Below are positions 7,449 through 16,878 of a stretch of DNA of 64,000 nt, in pieces. A program made the position numbers and the translations under genes. Position 1 is the first letter of the stretch. Each line of letters begins with the position of its first letter. Origin of the DNA: Desulfuromonas sp. (GTDB lineage: Bacteria > Desulfobacterota > Desulfuromonadia > Desulfuromonadales > UBA2294); assembly GCA_002868925.1 (NCBI GenBank), contig PKTZ01000020.1, positions 3,710 to 67,709 on the forward strand, read 5' to 3'. The notes below the pieces were generated by a model. The model searched no databases. It was not told the DNA's origin and was given only the letters and a program-made list of their open reading frames with translations.

Positions 7449-8012
7449 ATGTCATATGGAATCACCCGTGACGAGGCGCTCGCCCTGGTTGAGGAGCGGC
7501 TCGAATCCCCGAATCTGATCAAACATTGCCTGGCGACCGAGGCGGTGATGCGGGCCTTGGCACTTCGGTTCGATGAGGACCCGGAAAAGTGGGGTTTGGC
7601 CGGTCTGCTGCACGATCTTGACGCCGAAACCCAGCCCGACCTGGCAATCCATACTCAGGAGACCGAAGAGATCCTGCGCGAAAAAGGTGTTGATTCCGAG
7701 ATTATCGAGGCGATCGGCATGCACAACGAGCTGGCGCGCGACCGCAAACGCGCCTCGATTTTCGAGCACGCCCTGGCCGCCGGCGAGACCATCACCGGCC
7801 TGATCGTCGCCACCGCCCTGGTTTATCCCGAAAAGAAACTCGCCTCGGTCAAGCCGAAGTCGGTACGCAAGCGGATCAAGGAGAAGGTGTTCGCTGCCGG
7901 CGCCAACCGCGATATCATCCGCGAGTGTGAGCTGATCGATATTCCGCTCGACGAGTTCTGCAATCTCTGCCTTGAGGCGATGCAGACGGTTTCCGACGAT
8001 CTCGGCCTTTGA
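7449..8012 (+). CDS. HD-domain (HDIG-type) metal-dependent phosphohydrolase
   Basis: GGAGG 5 nt upstream of ATG 7449 (track start 7437 is less likely). Motifs HCLATEAVMRALA and LAGLLHDLD. Confidence 0.8.
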   Translation: MSYGITRDEALALVEERLESPNLIKHCLATEAVMRALALRFDEDPEKWGLAGLLHDLDAETQPDLAIHTQETEEILREKGVDSEIIEAIGMHNELARDRKRASIFEHALAAGETITGLIVATALVYPEKKLASVKPKSVRKRIKEKVFAAGANRDIIRECELIDIPLDEFCNLCLEAMQTVSDDLGL

Positions 8013-8018
8013 GGTGGC

Positions 8019-8438
8019 ATGATGCCTGAGATGAATACCATTACAACCGAAACCGAGCTTACGGTCCGCTATGCCGAGACCGACGCCCAGGGGATCGTCC
8101 ATCACGCCAACTACCTGGTCTGGTTCGAGGAGGGACGCTCCGATTTTCTGCGTCAGCTCGGCCTGAACTACACCGATTTCGAAAAGGCCGGCTTTTATAT
8201 CGTTGTCGCCGAGGCGACGAGCCGTTACAAGGCGCCCTGTTTCTACGAGGAGAAGTTGACCATCGAGACCACGCTGTCGAACCTGCGCGGCAAGATGTTG
8301 AAGTTTTCCTACCGGGTGCTTGATTCAGAAAGGAATATTCGGGCCGAAGGGGAGACCGTGCACGTGGTGATCGGTCGCGACCGCAGGCCGGTCAAGCTGC
8401 CGGATAACTTTTATGAGGCATTAAGTGGGAATGATTGA
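8019..8438 (+). CDS. YbgC/4HBT-family acyl-CoA thioesterase
   Basis: VRYAETDAQGIVHHANYLVWFEEGRSDFLRQLG is the typical hotdog-fold 4HBT N-terminus. Confidence 0.85.
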   Translation: MMPEMNTITTETELTVRYAETDAQGIVHHANYLVWFEEGRSDFLRQLGLNYTDFEKAGFYIVVAEATSRYKAPCFYEEKLTIETTLSNLRGKMLKFSYRVLDSERNIRAEGETVHVVIGRDRRPVKLPDNFYEALSGND

Positions 8439-8439
8439 A

Positions 8440-8468
8440 TTGACAACCTTATGGGGAGTTGATATATA
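8440..8468 (+). promoter_or_regulatory. Near-consensus sigma70 promoter for the tRNA (TTGACA-N17-TATATA)
   Basis: -35 at 8440..8445, 17-nt spacer, -10 at 8463..8468, 15 nt before the tRNA 5' end. Confidence 0.6.
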
Positions 8469-8483
8469 GATTTCCACAATTTC

Positions 8484-8558
8484 GGGCGTTTAGCTCAGCG
8501 GGAGAGCACTGCCTTCACACGGCAGGGGTCGACAGTTCGATCCTGTCAACGCCCACCA
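8484..8558 (+). tRNA. tRNA-Val (anticodon CAC), CCA encoded
   Basis: Manual cloverleaf: acceptor GGGCGTT/AACGCCC, D stem GCTC/GAGC, anticodon stem CTGCC/GGCAG with loop TTCACAC, T stem GACAG/CTGTC with loop TTCGATC; 75 nt. Confidence 0.9.
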
Positions 8559-8566
8559 GTAAATTT

Positions 8567-8602
8567 AAGGACTTGGCCGGTTTCGGTCAAGTCCTTTTGT
8601 TT
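8567..8602 (+). terminator. Rho-independent terminator after the tRNA
   Basis: AAGGACTTG...CAAGTCCTT stem (9 bp plus inner pairs) followed by TTGTTT. Confidence 0.7.
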
Positions 8603-8618
8603 GACGTGCAATATCGCA

Positions 8619-8795
8619 TCAGGCAGGAGTCTGTTCTTTCCTGTTTCTGATGATCCTCTTCATATCCTCGGCCACGGCCGGATCCATATCTGCCAGGGAA
8701 TCACTGTCGAGGAGCTTCTCCAATTCATTCAACCGCTCCTGGTTGCGCCAGTTGTGAAGATATTGTGATCTCCTGATGCTCGATTGTCTGTACAT
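8619..8795 (-). CDS. Small hypothetical protein (58 aa)
   Basis: GGAGG 6 nt upstream of ATG 8795 (MYRQSSIRRSQYLHNWRNQERLNELEKLL...). Directly downstream of the repeat-protein gene on the same strand. No family recognised. Confidence 0.4.
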   Translation of the reverse strand: MYRQSSIRRSQYLHNWRNQERLNELEKLLDSDSLADMDPAVAEDMKRIIRNRKEQTPA

Positions 8796-8849
8796 GTCGG
8801 CCTCCATCAATGTTGCCGATTTGTTTGTTCGCACTCTTTGCAACGGCGA

Positions 8850-9239
8850 TTATTGCTGCCCCGCAGGTTTCCCTTCATCTTCCTCCATACCATCCCGGTC
8901 GCGGTCTCTATCCTGATCACGATCCCGGTCCTGATCCGGAGTTTGGTCGTCATGGAGCTCATCCCTGTCACGATCACGGTCTCGATCTCTGTCCTGATCT
9001 TGCTCCTGATCGGCGCTTTCCTGTTTCATCTGCTGGTTTTGGTGCTGATAACGCTCCTCGTCCTGCATCTGATGTTCTGAGGCATTTCCATATCCCGACA
9101 TGCCCATTCCTGATTCACCGGCGGAACCGCTCCCTGAGCCGCCACCCGCGCCGCCTCCGCCTCCACGTGCCGGTGCCTGGGGTGCGAAGATCAGAGCGAG
9201 CAACAAGCCGGATAACATCAGTTTTGCGAACCGTTTCAT
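8850..9239 (-). CDS. Secreted low-complexity protein (Gly-rich segment then Asp-Arg/Asp-Gln dipeptide repeats)
   Basis: RBS AGGAGAGAGAG before ATG 9239. Signal peptide MKRFAKLMLSGLLLALIFAPQAPA. GGGGGAGGGSGSGSAG, then QDQDRDRDRDRDRDELHDDQTPDQDRDRDQDRDRDRD. Confidence 0.6.
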   Translation of the reverse strand: MKRFAKLMLSGLLLALIFAPQAPARGGGGGAGGGSGSGSAGESGMGMSGYGNASEHQMQDEERYQHQNQQMKQESADQEQDQDRDRDRDRDRDELHDDQTPDQDRDRDQDRDRDRDGMEEDEGKPAGQQ

Positions 9240-9488
9240 TTTCTCTCTCTCCTGTCTGGTGCATTCATTGAGTGGCAAAGTATTGTAATAAAGATAAAAT
9301 ATCTCTAGATATAGTGTTTGCAAGTGCATTCGGTTGAATTGTATTCGTTTTACAAGTTGTTGATATGTAAACGTTTATTTTCTGCCATTCTTTTGTTCTT
9401 TTGGTCGGGAATTTACAGGAGAGACGGGTTGGAAACTAAGGGTAAGGAATCAATCTGTTTTTTCGGTTAAGCCTGCTGACTGAACAAT

Positions 9489-10838
9489 GTGACAGGGCCT
9501 CTTTTCGAATTTGAACCTATTATGAGCTATCTGATCGCCGGTGTTATATGGGTCTTTTTCTACCTCGGGCTGGTTCTGGCGCCGTTGCTCGTTTTGTTGG
9601 CGCAGCCGGAGCCGGGTGGCAGCGGATTCTGGTGGGATTTTTCCCTGGCCCTCGGTTTCGCGGCAACCACGATGATGGGGGTCACTTTTGCCCTGACCGC
9701 GCGCTTCCGGCACGCAACCGAGCCGTTCGGTATCGATATCGTCTATTATATCCACCGCCGGATCTCATTGATCGCAGTCGGTTTTACCACGATCCATGTT
9801 GCCCTGGTTATTGTTGAAGACCCGGGTCTGCTTGACCAGCTCGTGTCGACGGAGATGCCGCCATATCTCATGGCTGCAATCGCCTCGCTGCTTTCTCTTT
9901 TGCTTTTAATCGCCAGCTCCATCTGGCGCAGCAGATTTCAGATCGAGTATGATCGCTGGCGGCTTTTGCATATCGTTCTTGCCGTTGTCGCACTGTCGTT
10001 TTCCGTGGTTCATATCCAGTTGGTCGGCCACTATACCAATGTCCCCTGGAAAAAAACCTTGTGGATTGTCATCCCCGCATCCTGGGTTTTGTTTTTGCTG
10101 TATCGCCGCCTGGTTAAGCCGCTATTGATCATGCGCCGACCATTCAAGGTGACGGAGGTCCGGTCCGAACGGGGCAATGCTTGGACCCTCGTCATCGAAC
10201 CGGATGGGCATGCCGGGATGACGTTCATGCCCGGACAGTTCGTTTGGCTTTCGCTCTGGCATACGCCCTTTGCCCTGCGCGAACATCCCTTTTCAATCGC
10301 ATCAAGTGCAGAATATCCAGGTAAATTGGAAATGACCGTTAAGGAACTCGGTGACTTTACCCGCAGGATAGGTCAGGTGCGTCTCGGTGAACGGGCTTAT
10401 CTCGAGGGACCGTACGGGGCGTTTTCGATCGATCGCTGGCCTGCTCCCGGGTACGTTCTCATAGCCGGCGGTATCGGGGTTGCGCCTTTTATGAGCATTC
10501 TGCGTACCATGGCCGACCGGGGAGATATGAGGCCGGTGCTGCTCTTTTATGCTTCGAGAGATTGGGAAGGGTTGACCTTCCGGGAAGAGCTCGAGACCCT
10601 GAAAGGACGAATGAACCTGGAAACTGTGGTCATCCTCGAACAGTCGCTGGAGAATTGGAACGGTGAGAGCGGTCGGATTTCAATGGAAATCCTTGAGCGC
10701 CATTTGCCTAAAGAACGTATTCGCCGCAAATACTTCGTTGATGGACCGGTGCCGATGATGGAATCTGTTGAAAAATCATTGCTCGAACTTGGGCTTTCCG
10801 GCAGTGATATCCATGTTGAGCTTTACGATTTTGTTTGA
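9489..10838 (+). CDS. Ferric-reductase-domain (FRD/NOX-like) membrane flavocytochrome with FAD- and NAD(P)H-binding domains
   Basis: Multi-TM N-terminus with two H-x13-H pairs (HRRISLIAVGFTTIH; HIVLAVVALSFSVVH). FAD motif REHPFSIAS. NAD motif LIAGGIGVAPFMSIL. Start uncertain (GTG 9489 or ATG 9522). Confidence 0.85.
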   Translation: MTGPLFEFEPIMSYLIAGVIWVFFYLGLVLAPLLVLLAQPEPGGSGFWWDFSLALGFAATTMMGVTFALTARFRHATEPFGIDIVYYIHRRISLIAVGFTTIHVALVIVEDPGLLDQLVSTEMPPYLMAAIASLLSLLLLIASSIWRSRFQIEYDRWRLLHIVLAVVALSFSVVHIQLVGHYTNVPWKKTLWIVIPASWVLFLLYRRLVKPLLIMRRPFKVTEVRSERGNAWTLVIEPDGHAGMTFMPGQFVWLSLWHTPFALREHPFSIASSAEYPGKLEMTVKELGDFTRRIGQVRLGERAYLEGPYGAFSIDRWPAPGYVLIAGGIGVAPFMSILRTMADRGDMRPVLLFYASRDWEGLTFREELETLKGRMNLETVVILEQSLENWNGESGRISMEILERHLPKERIRRKYFVDGPVPMMESVEKSLLELGLSGSDIHVELYDFV

Positions 10839-10866
10839 AATGGGCAGAAGAAAGGAGTGATGTCTT

Positions 10867-10962
10867 ATGCGTAGACGTCTTGCCCGGATATTGACTGATA
10901 GCAGTGCCTTGATCATCATTATCCTGTCGGTTGTTTTTGCCTGGGTGCAAAACCTGCCGTAA
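10867..10962 (+). CDS. Candidate 31-aa small membrane peptide (below the ORF-track threshold)
   Basis: AAGGAG 9 nt upstream of ATG 10867. MRRRLARILTDSSALIIIILSVVFAWVQNLP has a basic N-terminus and one hydrophobic helix. Lies 29 nt after the NOX-like gene. Confidence 0.25.
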   Translation: MRRRLARILTDSSALIIIILSVVFAWVQNLP

Positions 10963-11021
10963 GACTGCTGCACGTTGCCATGTGTTAATTCTTTACAATA
11001 TTTCACTTTGTTTGCTAATTT

Positions 11022-13022
11022 ATGGCGATGAAGCGTTCCAAATTTCTCATCATCCTGATGACATCGCTGGCGGTCTTCTTCATCGTTTTCCTCTATTACC
11101 AGCAGTCACGCCTGTTCGAAGGTTTTGAAGCCAAAACCTACGATTTCCGTTTCCATACCCTGCGTGGTCCGATCCCCGCATCTTCCGATATCGTTATCGT
11201 CGCCATCGACGAGAAGAGCGTCGATGAACTCGGCCGCTTCCCCTGGAGTCGTACCTATTTTGCCCAATTCGTCGACAAGGTGACCGCCGCCGGCGTGCGC
11301 GGCGTGATGCTCGACGCCTTCTTCCCGGAGACGGAGAGCGAGGTAGCGGACGCTGCCTTTGCCAGAGCGTTGCGGGAATCCGGCAAGGTCTCTCTGGCAG
11401 TCGCCTTCGAGTTCGCCGCCGACGGTTCGGTCAGCCAGGTGACGAGAAGTCTGCCGCAGCTGCAACAGGTCTCGCAGTACGAAGCGCACATCAACCTGAC
11501 CCCGGACGAGGACGGGGTCGTCCGCTGGACGCCGCTGCACCTGCAGGACGAGCAGGGGGGAGACGTCTACTCGCTCGCCGTGAACGGGGCGCGGGTGCTG
11601 CTCGGCGAAGAACAAGTCGAGCCGGGGGTCTATGACATATCGATCGGGTCGCGCACGATTCCGACCGATGGCGGCCACTTCGCCCTGATCAACTACGCTG
11701 GTCCGCCCGGCATCTACAAGCGGATCCCTTTCGTCGACGTGGTCAAGGATCGGGTCGACCCGGAGGAGCTGCGTGACAAGCTGGTGCTGGTCGGCTCGAC
11801 CGCGCTCGGTATTTACGATATGCGGGTCACCCCGTTCTCCAATAATTCACCCGGGGTCGAGGTCCACGCCAACATGATCGACAGCATCCTGCGCAACGAC
11901 TTTATCCAGCGTGGCGGTTTCGAATCGCTGCTCGATCTGATCGCCATAATCGCCCTCGGCATTCTGGCTGCCTTTATCACCCTCAGCCTGCGCCATTCGA
12001 TCTCGTTTCCGTTGGTCCTGCTACTTTTGCTCGGTCACGGTGTGTTCGCATACAGCATGTTCGTCAAAGGTCACTGGGTGAGCATGGTCTACCCGGAGAT
12101 GAGTATCCTGCTGGCCTACTGCCTGACCGCTTACCTCCGCTTCTTTTTTCTCGACCGCAAATCGCGGGAAATCCGCGATATCTTTTCCAGTTATGTTTCG
12201 GAAAAGCTGGTCGATCGGCTGGTGCAGGACCCTTCTCGGGCCCGGGTCGGTGGTGAAACCCGAGTCATCACGGTGCTGTTCTCCGACATTGCCAACTACA
12301 CCAGCTATAGTGAAAAACTGCCGGCCGAAGAGGTCGTACGCAACCTCAATCGCTATCTGGCTGCAATGACCGATGTCATCATGGAGCATGACGGCACCCT
12401 CGACAAGTTCATGGGAGACGGGATCATGGCTTTCTGGGGCGCGCCGATGCCGCAGGAGGATCATGCCCACCGGGCAATTGATTGTGCTCTGGGAATGATG
12501 CAGGCGCTGGAGGAGGTCAACCGGGCGATGGAGGCAGAAGGGGGCGAGTCGCTCTCGATGCGGATCGGAATCCATACCGGAGAGGCGGTCGTCGGCAATA
12601 TCGGTTCCGAGTCGAAAAAGATGGAGTACACCGCCATCGGTGACACGGTCAATGTCGCCTCCCGGATCGAACAGGCGAACAAACTCTACGGTACCACAGT
12701 GATGGTCAGCGAGAGTACAAGGCGCCATGTTGATGGAGCGTATGTTCTTCGCGAGATCGACAACGTGCGGATGAAGGGGAAGTCAGAACCGATGCTGATC
12801 CACGAGGTTCTACCGCAGGCAACGGAGCTGCTGCCGGAGTTCGAAAAAGCTGTTGACCTCTATCGAGACAGGGATTTTGAAGCCGCTTTGCAGATTTTTG
12901 TCGAATTGGGAGAGCGCTTCGCCGATCCGGTTTCGGCACGCTATGTTTCCAGTTGTCGCGACTATATAGAAAATCCCCCCGCTGACGACTGGGATGGTGC
13001 TCATTACTCTCTGCGCCGCTGA
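11022..13022 (+). CDS. CHASE2-sensor class III adenylate/guanylate cyclase
   Basis: N-terminal TM, CHASE2-like periplasmic region (IVIVAIDEKSVDELGRFPWSR), three TM helices, cyclase domain (VITVLFSDIANYTSYSE, KFMGDGIMAFWGAP, RIGIHTGEAVVGNIGS, YTAIGDTVNVASRIE). Confidence 0.9.
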   Translation: MAMKRSKFLIILMTSLAVFFIVFLYYQQSRLFEGFEAKTYDFRFHTLRGPIPASSDIVIVAIDEKSVDELGRFPWSRTYFAQFVDKVTAAGVRGVMLDAFFPETESEVADAAFARALRESGKVSLAVAFEFAADGSVSQVTRSLPQLQQVSQYEAHINLTPDEDGVVRWTPLHLQDEQGGDVYSLAVNGARVLLGEEQVEPGVYDISIGSRTIPTDGGHFALINYAGPPGIYKRIPFVDVVKDRVDPEELRDKLVLVGSTALGIYDMRVTPFSNNSPGVEVHANMIDSILRNDFIQRGGFESLLDLIAIIALGILAAFITLSLRHSISFPLVLLLLLGHGVFAYSMFVKGHWVSMVYPEMSILLAYCLTAYLRFFFLDRKSREIRDIFSSYVSEKLVDRLVQDPSRARVGGETRVITVLFSDIANYTSYSEKLPAEEVVRNLNRYLAAMTDVIMEHDGTLDKFMGDGIMAFWGAPMPQEDHAHRAIDCALGMMQALEEVNRAMEAEGGESLSMRIGIHTGEAVVGNIGSESKKMEYTAIGDTVNVASRIEQANKLYGTTVMVSESTRRHVDGAYVLREIDNVRMKGKSEPMLIHEVLPQATELLPEFEKAVDLYRDRDFEAALQIFVELGERFADPVSARYVSSCRDYIENPPADDWDGAHYSLRR

Positions 13023-13122
13023 ATGTTAAGACTGGCCGAAGGGTCCGTTTTTGTGCTATTTTATTTAAATTCGATTATCAATTATCTCCTCGTTTCCCCA
13101 AAAACCGGTTATAGGTGTGACA

Positions 13123-16100
13123 ATGAAGAAGATCACTTTATTCTCTCTTCTACTTACCGTCCTTTTCTGCGGCACTATCGCGTCGTCCGCCCGGGCCGCT
13201 TTCCAGCAGGTTGATTTTATTGCCAGCATCAAGGTTGAAAAGCCGCTATCACTGGCGGCTGGTCCCGATGGCACGATCTACATGACGACAACCGACGGCC
13301 GGGCTCTGGCTGTTTCAGCTGACGGTGAGATCCTTCGCGAGTACGGCCTGCTCGAAAAGGGTGAGAAGCCGATTCTCAAGAAGGCTGCCGGCATCGCTTA
13401 CGCTGACGGGATCGTCTACGTTACCGACAGCCGTCTTGATAAAGTGGTCCTCTTTTCGGTCGATGGCAAACTGCTCGATGCGTTCGGCAAAAGAGGCCGG
13501 GATGCCAAGGAGTTCGACGATCCCACCGCTATCACCGTGCGGGACAGCATTATCTACGTGGTTGATTCCGGTAACGATCGGGTGCAGCTGTTCGGTCGCA
13601 ATGGCGTTTATATCGGAGCGATCGGACAGGCGGTTGCTGAGACGGAACAGCTCAATGACCCGGTCGACTTGGCGGTCGATGAAGGGGGGCGTCTCTACGT
13701 CGTTGATCAATCCGATTCAAGGGTTAAAATTTACAACCAGGATGGATCCTATGCCGGCCAGTACAGCGAGCCAGAGAGACCGTCTTCGATAACCATCGCC
13801 CGAGACAGCGTCTTTGTCGCCGATGATTACCACCATACGGTGACCCGCATCTTTTTCGATAACCGTCCCGCCGAGAGCTTCGGCGTCAAGGGAGAGGCGC
13901 GGGCCCAGTTCAAGGGGATCAGCGGTCTTTTCGTCAACGGTCTCGGTCATCTCTTCGTGGCCGACCGGAAAAACGACAACATTCAATCCTTCGCGATGGA
14001 GGTCGAGGAGGGTTCTGGTTTGACCGAGCCGACGCCGATCCCGACCTGGGTCGAGTGGATGGAGACGGTCGAACTTAGCGCGAGCGGCCTGTTCTGGGAT
14101 GAAACCGGCAAACGTCTGCTGGTCGTCGATGATAAATCGAAGAGCCTGACCATTGTTGTCGATGGTCAGCCGGCAGGAGTGATTACCGTGCCGAACTGGA
14201 AGCCGCTCGCAGCTGCTGTCGACAGTGAAGGAGCGATCTGGACCGTCGATCGTGGTAAGAACAGACTGCTCAAGCTGGGCGCAGACGGCTCGATTCTGCT
14301 CGAAATCGGCAAATATGGGAGTCGCGAGGGTTACTTCTCCTCTCCGAGCGACCTCGCCATCACCCCAGACGGGTTGATTTACGTCGCCGATAAAGGGAAC
14401 CACCGGGTACAGGCCTTTAATTCCGACGGCGTCTTCCTTTCCGCTTTCGGTTCCGACGGCAGTCAGGCTCTGCTGAAGAGTCCATCGGCGCTGCAGATCG
14501 ATCCGGTGGGCAACCTGTTTGTCCTCGATGAGAGCAGCGACAAGGTCGTCATGTTCGCTCCGGACGGCGAGCCGATCCGGGAGATCGGCGGGGCTGAGGG
14601 TGAGCCCGGTTATCTCAAAGAACCGGTCGCGATAACCCTGGTAGCGGATGAGCTGATGGTCCTCGATGAGGGGCAGGATTGCATTAAGGTTTTTGATGTG
14701 GATGGTTCATTCCGCCGTGTTTTTGGCTCCGGCGGCGAAGGCCGCGGCGATTTTAGTAAACCGGTGGCCATGGCCCGGATCAGCGAGACCGAGTTGCTCG
14801 TTGCCGATGCCGAGAACGGCCTGGTACACAAATTTAAAACGCACAACACGCCGAAGCCGGTCGCCGATGTCGAAGTCAAAGCCGGGATGCGCAAGGTCAA
14901 GATCGAATGGTCTGCCAGCGGGGCGGCCGATGTCGAGGGGTATGCGATCTACCGCTCACAGGATGCGGCCGGACCTTACCAAATGGTGGCAACAACCAAC
15001 CTGAACAGCTATGCCGATGCCGACGTCGAGCCGGGAGAGACCTATTTCTACCGGGTTGGCGTGCAGACCCGAAACGGCCAGGAAAGCCCTCTTACCACAG
15101 CGCAAAGAGCCCGGCCCGAGAAGGGGCGGGCAGCCAAGATCGGAGAGGTCAGCGCCGATCCAATGGAATGGTCGGTAACCCTCTCCTGGCCACAGAAAAA
15201 GCAGCAACCTTTCCTCGATCATTATAATGTTTACCAGCAAGTGGTCGAAGGTGAGTTCGAGAAGATCGGTGATACGAAAGAGACTGATTTTGTCGCTGCC
15301 GGGCTCGACCCGTCGACCGATTATGTTTTCCGGGTAACGGCTGTCAGTATCGACGATGTCGAAACCACGCCGGTCGAGGTGTCGACGACGACCTTGGTGG
15401 CAACGCGGCCACCGATCGAAATCGTCGAATTCGGTATCGACGATATTTTCTCCAATACCTACAAGATCTACGAGGATGAGGGGATCGGTTTTATGCGGAT
15501 CGCCAACAATACCGGGGCCAAAATCTCGAGCCTGAAGGTGTCGTTTGCGATCAAGGAGTTCATGGACTACCCGTCCGAGGTCGAAATCAAGGATCTCGGC
15601 CCCCGCTCGACCAAGGATGTCGTGCTCAAGGCGGTATTCAACAACAAGATTCTCGATGTGACCGAGGATACGCCGGTCCAGACCTCTATCGGGCTCTCCT
15701 ATTATGAGAATGGCGAATTGCAGAGCTATTCGCGCAACCACGCGATCAATATCTTCGAGAAACACCGGATGATGTGGGACGTGCGGGAGCGGTTCGCGAC
15801 CTTCGTTACCCCGAAGGACGAGGTCGTGCTCGAATTCGTCCGTTCGGTCATTACCCAGTACCCCGAGGTCAACGACCCGATCCTGTTTGCGGCAGCTCTC
15901 TATGATGCCCTCGGCGTGGTCGGGCTCAAGTATATCCAGGACCCTTCCAATCCGTACCAGATGACCTCGGAGGATACCGACACCATTGATTACATCCAAT
16001 ATCCGCGCGAGACGCTGAATCGACGCTCAGGCGACTGTGATGACCTGGTGGCGCTCTTCGGTGCCATGCTCGAGAGCCTCGGCATCCGGACCAAGGTGAT

Positions 16101-16845
16101 CGAGGTGCCTGGGCATATGTTCATGATGTTCGCCACCGAGTTTACCCCGGAGGATCGTCCGGTTGCGGTTGCCGACCTGTTCATTGAACATGAGGACGTA
16201 CTCTGGGTACCGGTCGAAGTGACCCTGGTCGGTTCCTCATTTCTCAAGGCCTGGGAGAAGGGGAGTTCCAATCATGCCGAGTGGGTCGGGCGCAACCTCG
16301 ACCTGATGGATATCCGTACGGCATGGGAGACTTACAAGCCGGGAAGTTTGGTGAAGTCGGACTGGCGGCCGAAGGAAGTTCTGCGTAGCGATATTGAAAC
16401 GAGCTTTGACGAGTTCAAAATGCTGAAGAAGATCCGGATGAGCTGCATTACCAAGAATTATGTTGACCGGGCCCGGCGTGAACCGGACAATTTCGATCCG
16501 TACCTGCAACTCGGTATCATTTATGCTGAAGAGGGGGAGCCGGAGGAGGCGTTGAAGCTTTTCGAAAAGGCGCGCGAGCTGGATCCGGAAAACCCGGCAA
16601 TTTACAATAATCTTGGTAATATCTATTACCTACAAGATAAATATACGGAGGCGGTTGAAGCCTATGCTGCTGCCGTTGAAAATGATCCGGCTGATCCGTA
16701 TGTCCTGGTCAACCTGGCCCGGGCCAACCTGAAGAACGATCAACGGGAGCAGGCTTCGCAGAATTTCTCGCGGGCGATCGAGCTGTCTCCGGAGATTGCG
16801 GCCAAGTACCGGAGCATGGCCCTTGAATTGATGAGTCCACTCTAA
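13123..16845 (+). CDS. Large secreted multidomain protein: ~2 NHL-repeat propellers, 2 FN3 domains, transglutaminase-like cysteine-protease core, C-terminal TPR
   Basis: Signal peptide MKKITLFSLLLTVLFCGTIASSARA (ATG 13123; track start GTG 13117). Repeated NHL motifs (YVVDSGNDRVQLF, YVADKGNHRVQAF). FN3 (VKIEWSASGAADVEGYAIYRS). TGase core (RRSGDCDDLVALFGAMLESLG..VPGHMFMMF). TPR (IYNNLGNIYYLQDKYTEAVEAY). Confidence 0.85.
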   Translation: MKKITLFSLLLTVLFCGTIASSARAAFQQVDFIASIKVEKPLSLAAGPDGTIYMTTTDGRALAVSADGEILREYGLLEKGEKPILKKAAGIAYADGIVYVTDSRLDKVVLFSVDGKLLDAFGKRGRDAKEFDDPTAITVRDSIIYVVDSGNDRVQLFGRNGVYIGAIGQAVAETEQLNDPVDLAVDEGGRLYVVDQSDSRVKIYNQDGSYAGQYSEPERPSSITIARDSVFVADDYHHTVTRIFFDNRPAESFGVKGEARAQFKGISGLFVNGLGHLFVADRKNDNIQSFAMEVEEGSGLTEPTPIPTWVEWMETVELSASGLFWDETGKRLLVVDDKSKSLTIVVDGQPAGVITVPNWKPLAAAVDSEGAIWTVDRGKNRLLKLGADGSILLEIGKYGSREGYFSSPSDLAITPDGLIYVADKGNHRVQAFNSDGVFLSAFGSDGSQALLKSPSALQIDPVGNLFVLDESSDKVVMFAPDGEPIREIGGAEGEPGYLKEPVAITLVADELMVLDEGQDCIKVFDVDGSFRRVFGSGGEGRGDFSKPVAMARISETELLVADAENGLVHKFKTHNTPKPVADVEVKAGMRKVKIEWSASGAADVEGYAIYRSQDAAGPYQMVATTNLNSYADADVEPGETYFYRVGVQTRNGQESPLTTAQRARPEKGRAAKIGEVSADPMEWSVTLSWPQKKQQPFLDHYNVYQQVVEGEFEKIGDTKETDFVAAGLDPSTDYVFRVTAVSIDDVETTPVEVSTTTLVATRPPIEIVEFGIDDIFSNTYKIYEDEGIGFMRIANNTGAKISSLKVSFAIKEFMDYPSEVEIKDLGPRSTKDVVLKAVFNNKILDVTEDTPVQTSIGLSYYENGELQSYSRNHAINIFEKHRMMWDVRERFATFVTPKDEVVLEFVRSVITQYPEVNDPILFAAALYDALGVVGLKYIQDPSNPYQMTSEDTDTIDYIQYPRETLNRRSGDCDDLVALFGAMLESLGIRTKVIEVPGHMFMMFATEFTPEDRPVAVADLFIEHEDVLWVPVEVTLVGSSFLKAWEKGSSNHAEWVGRNLDLMDIRTAWETYKPGSLVKSDWRPKEVLRSDIETSFDEFKMLKKIRMSCITKNYVDRARREPDNFDPYLQLGIIYAEEGEPEEALKLFEKARELDPENPAIYNNLGNIYYLQDKYTEAVEAYAAAVENDPADPYVLVNLARANLKNDQREQASQNFSRAIELSPEIAAKYRSMALELMSPL

Positions 16846-16878
16846 AAGAATGCGGGGAGTTGCAAAAGGAGATCTGTT

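Noticed and set aside
8459-8650. 63-aa ORF overlapping the tRNA-Val gene
   Set aside because: It spans a complete, well-folding tRNA and its terminator, and has no RBS.
8892-9011. Short periodic DNA repeats (GAYCRN hexamers), considered as a possible CRISPR or other non-coding array
   Set aside because: The 6-nt period is in frame within a signal-peptide-bearing ORF and encodes DR/DQ dipeptides. There is no repeat-spacer organisation, and no cas genes are in the window.
8484-9330. tRNA-Val followed by odd small genes, considered as a genomic-island integration site
   Set aside because: I found no integrase and no duplicated copy of the tRNA 3' end in the downstream sequence. The region is under 1 kb.
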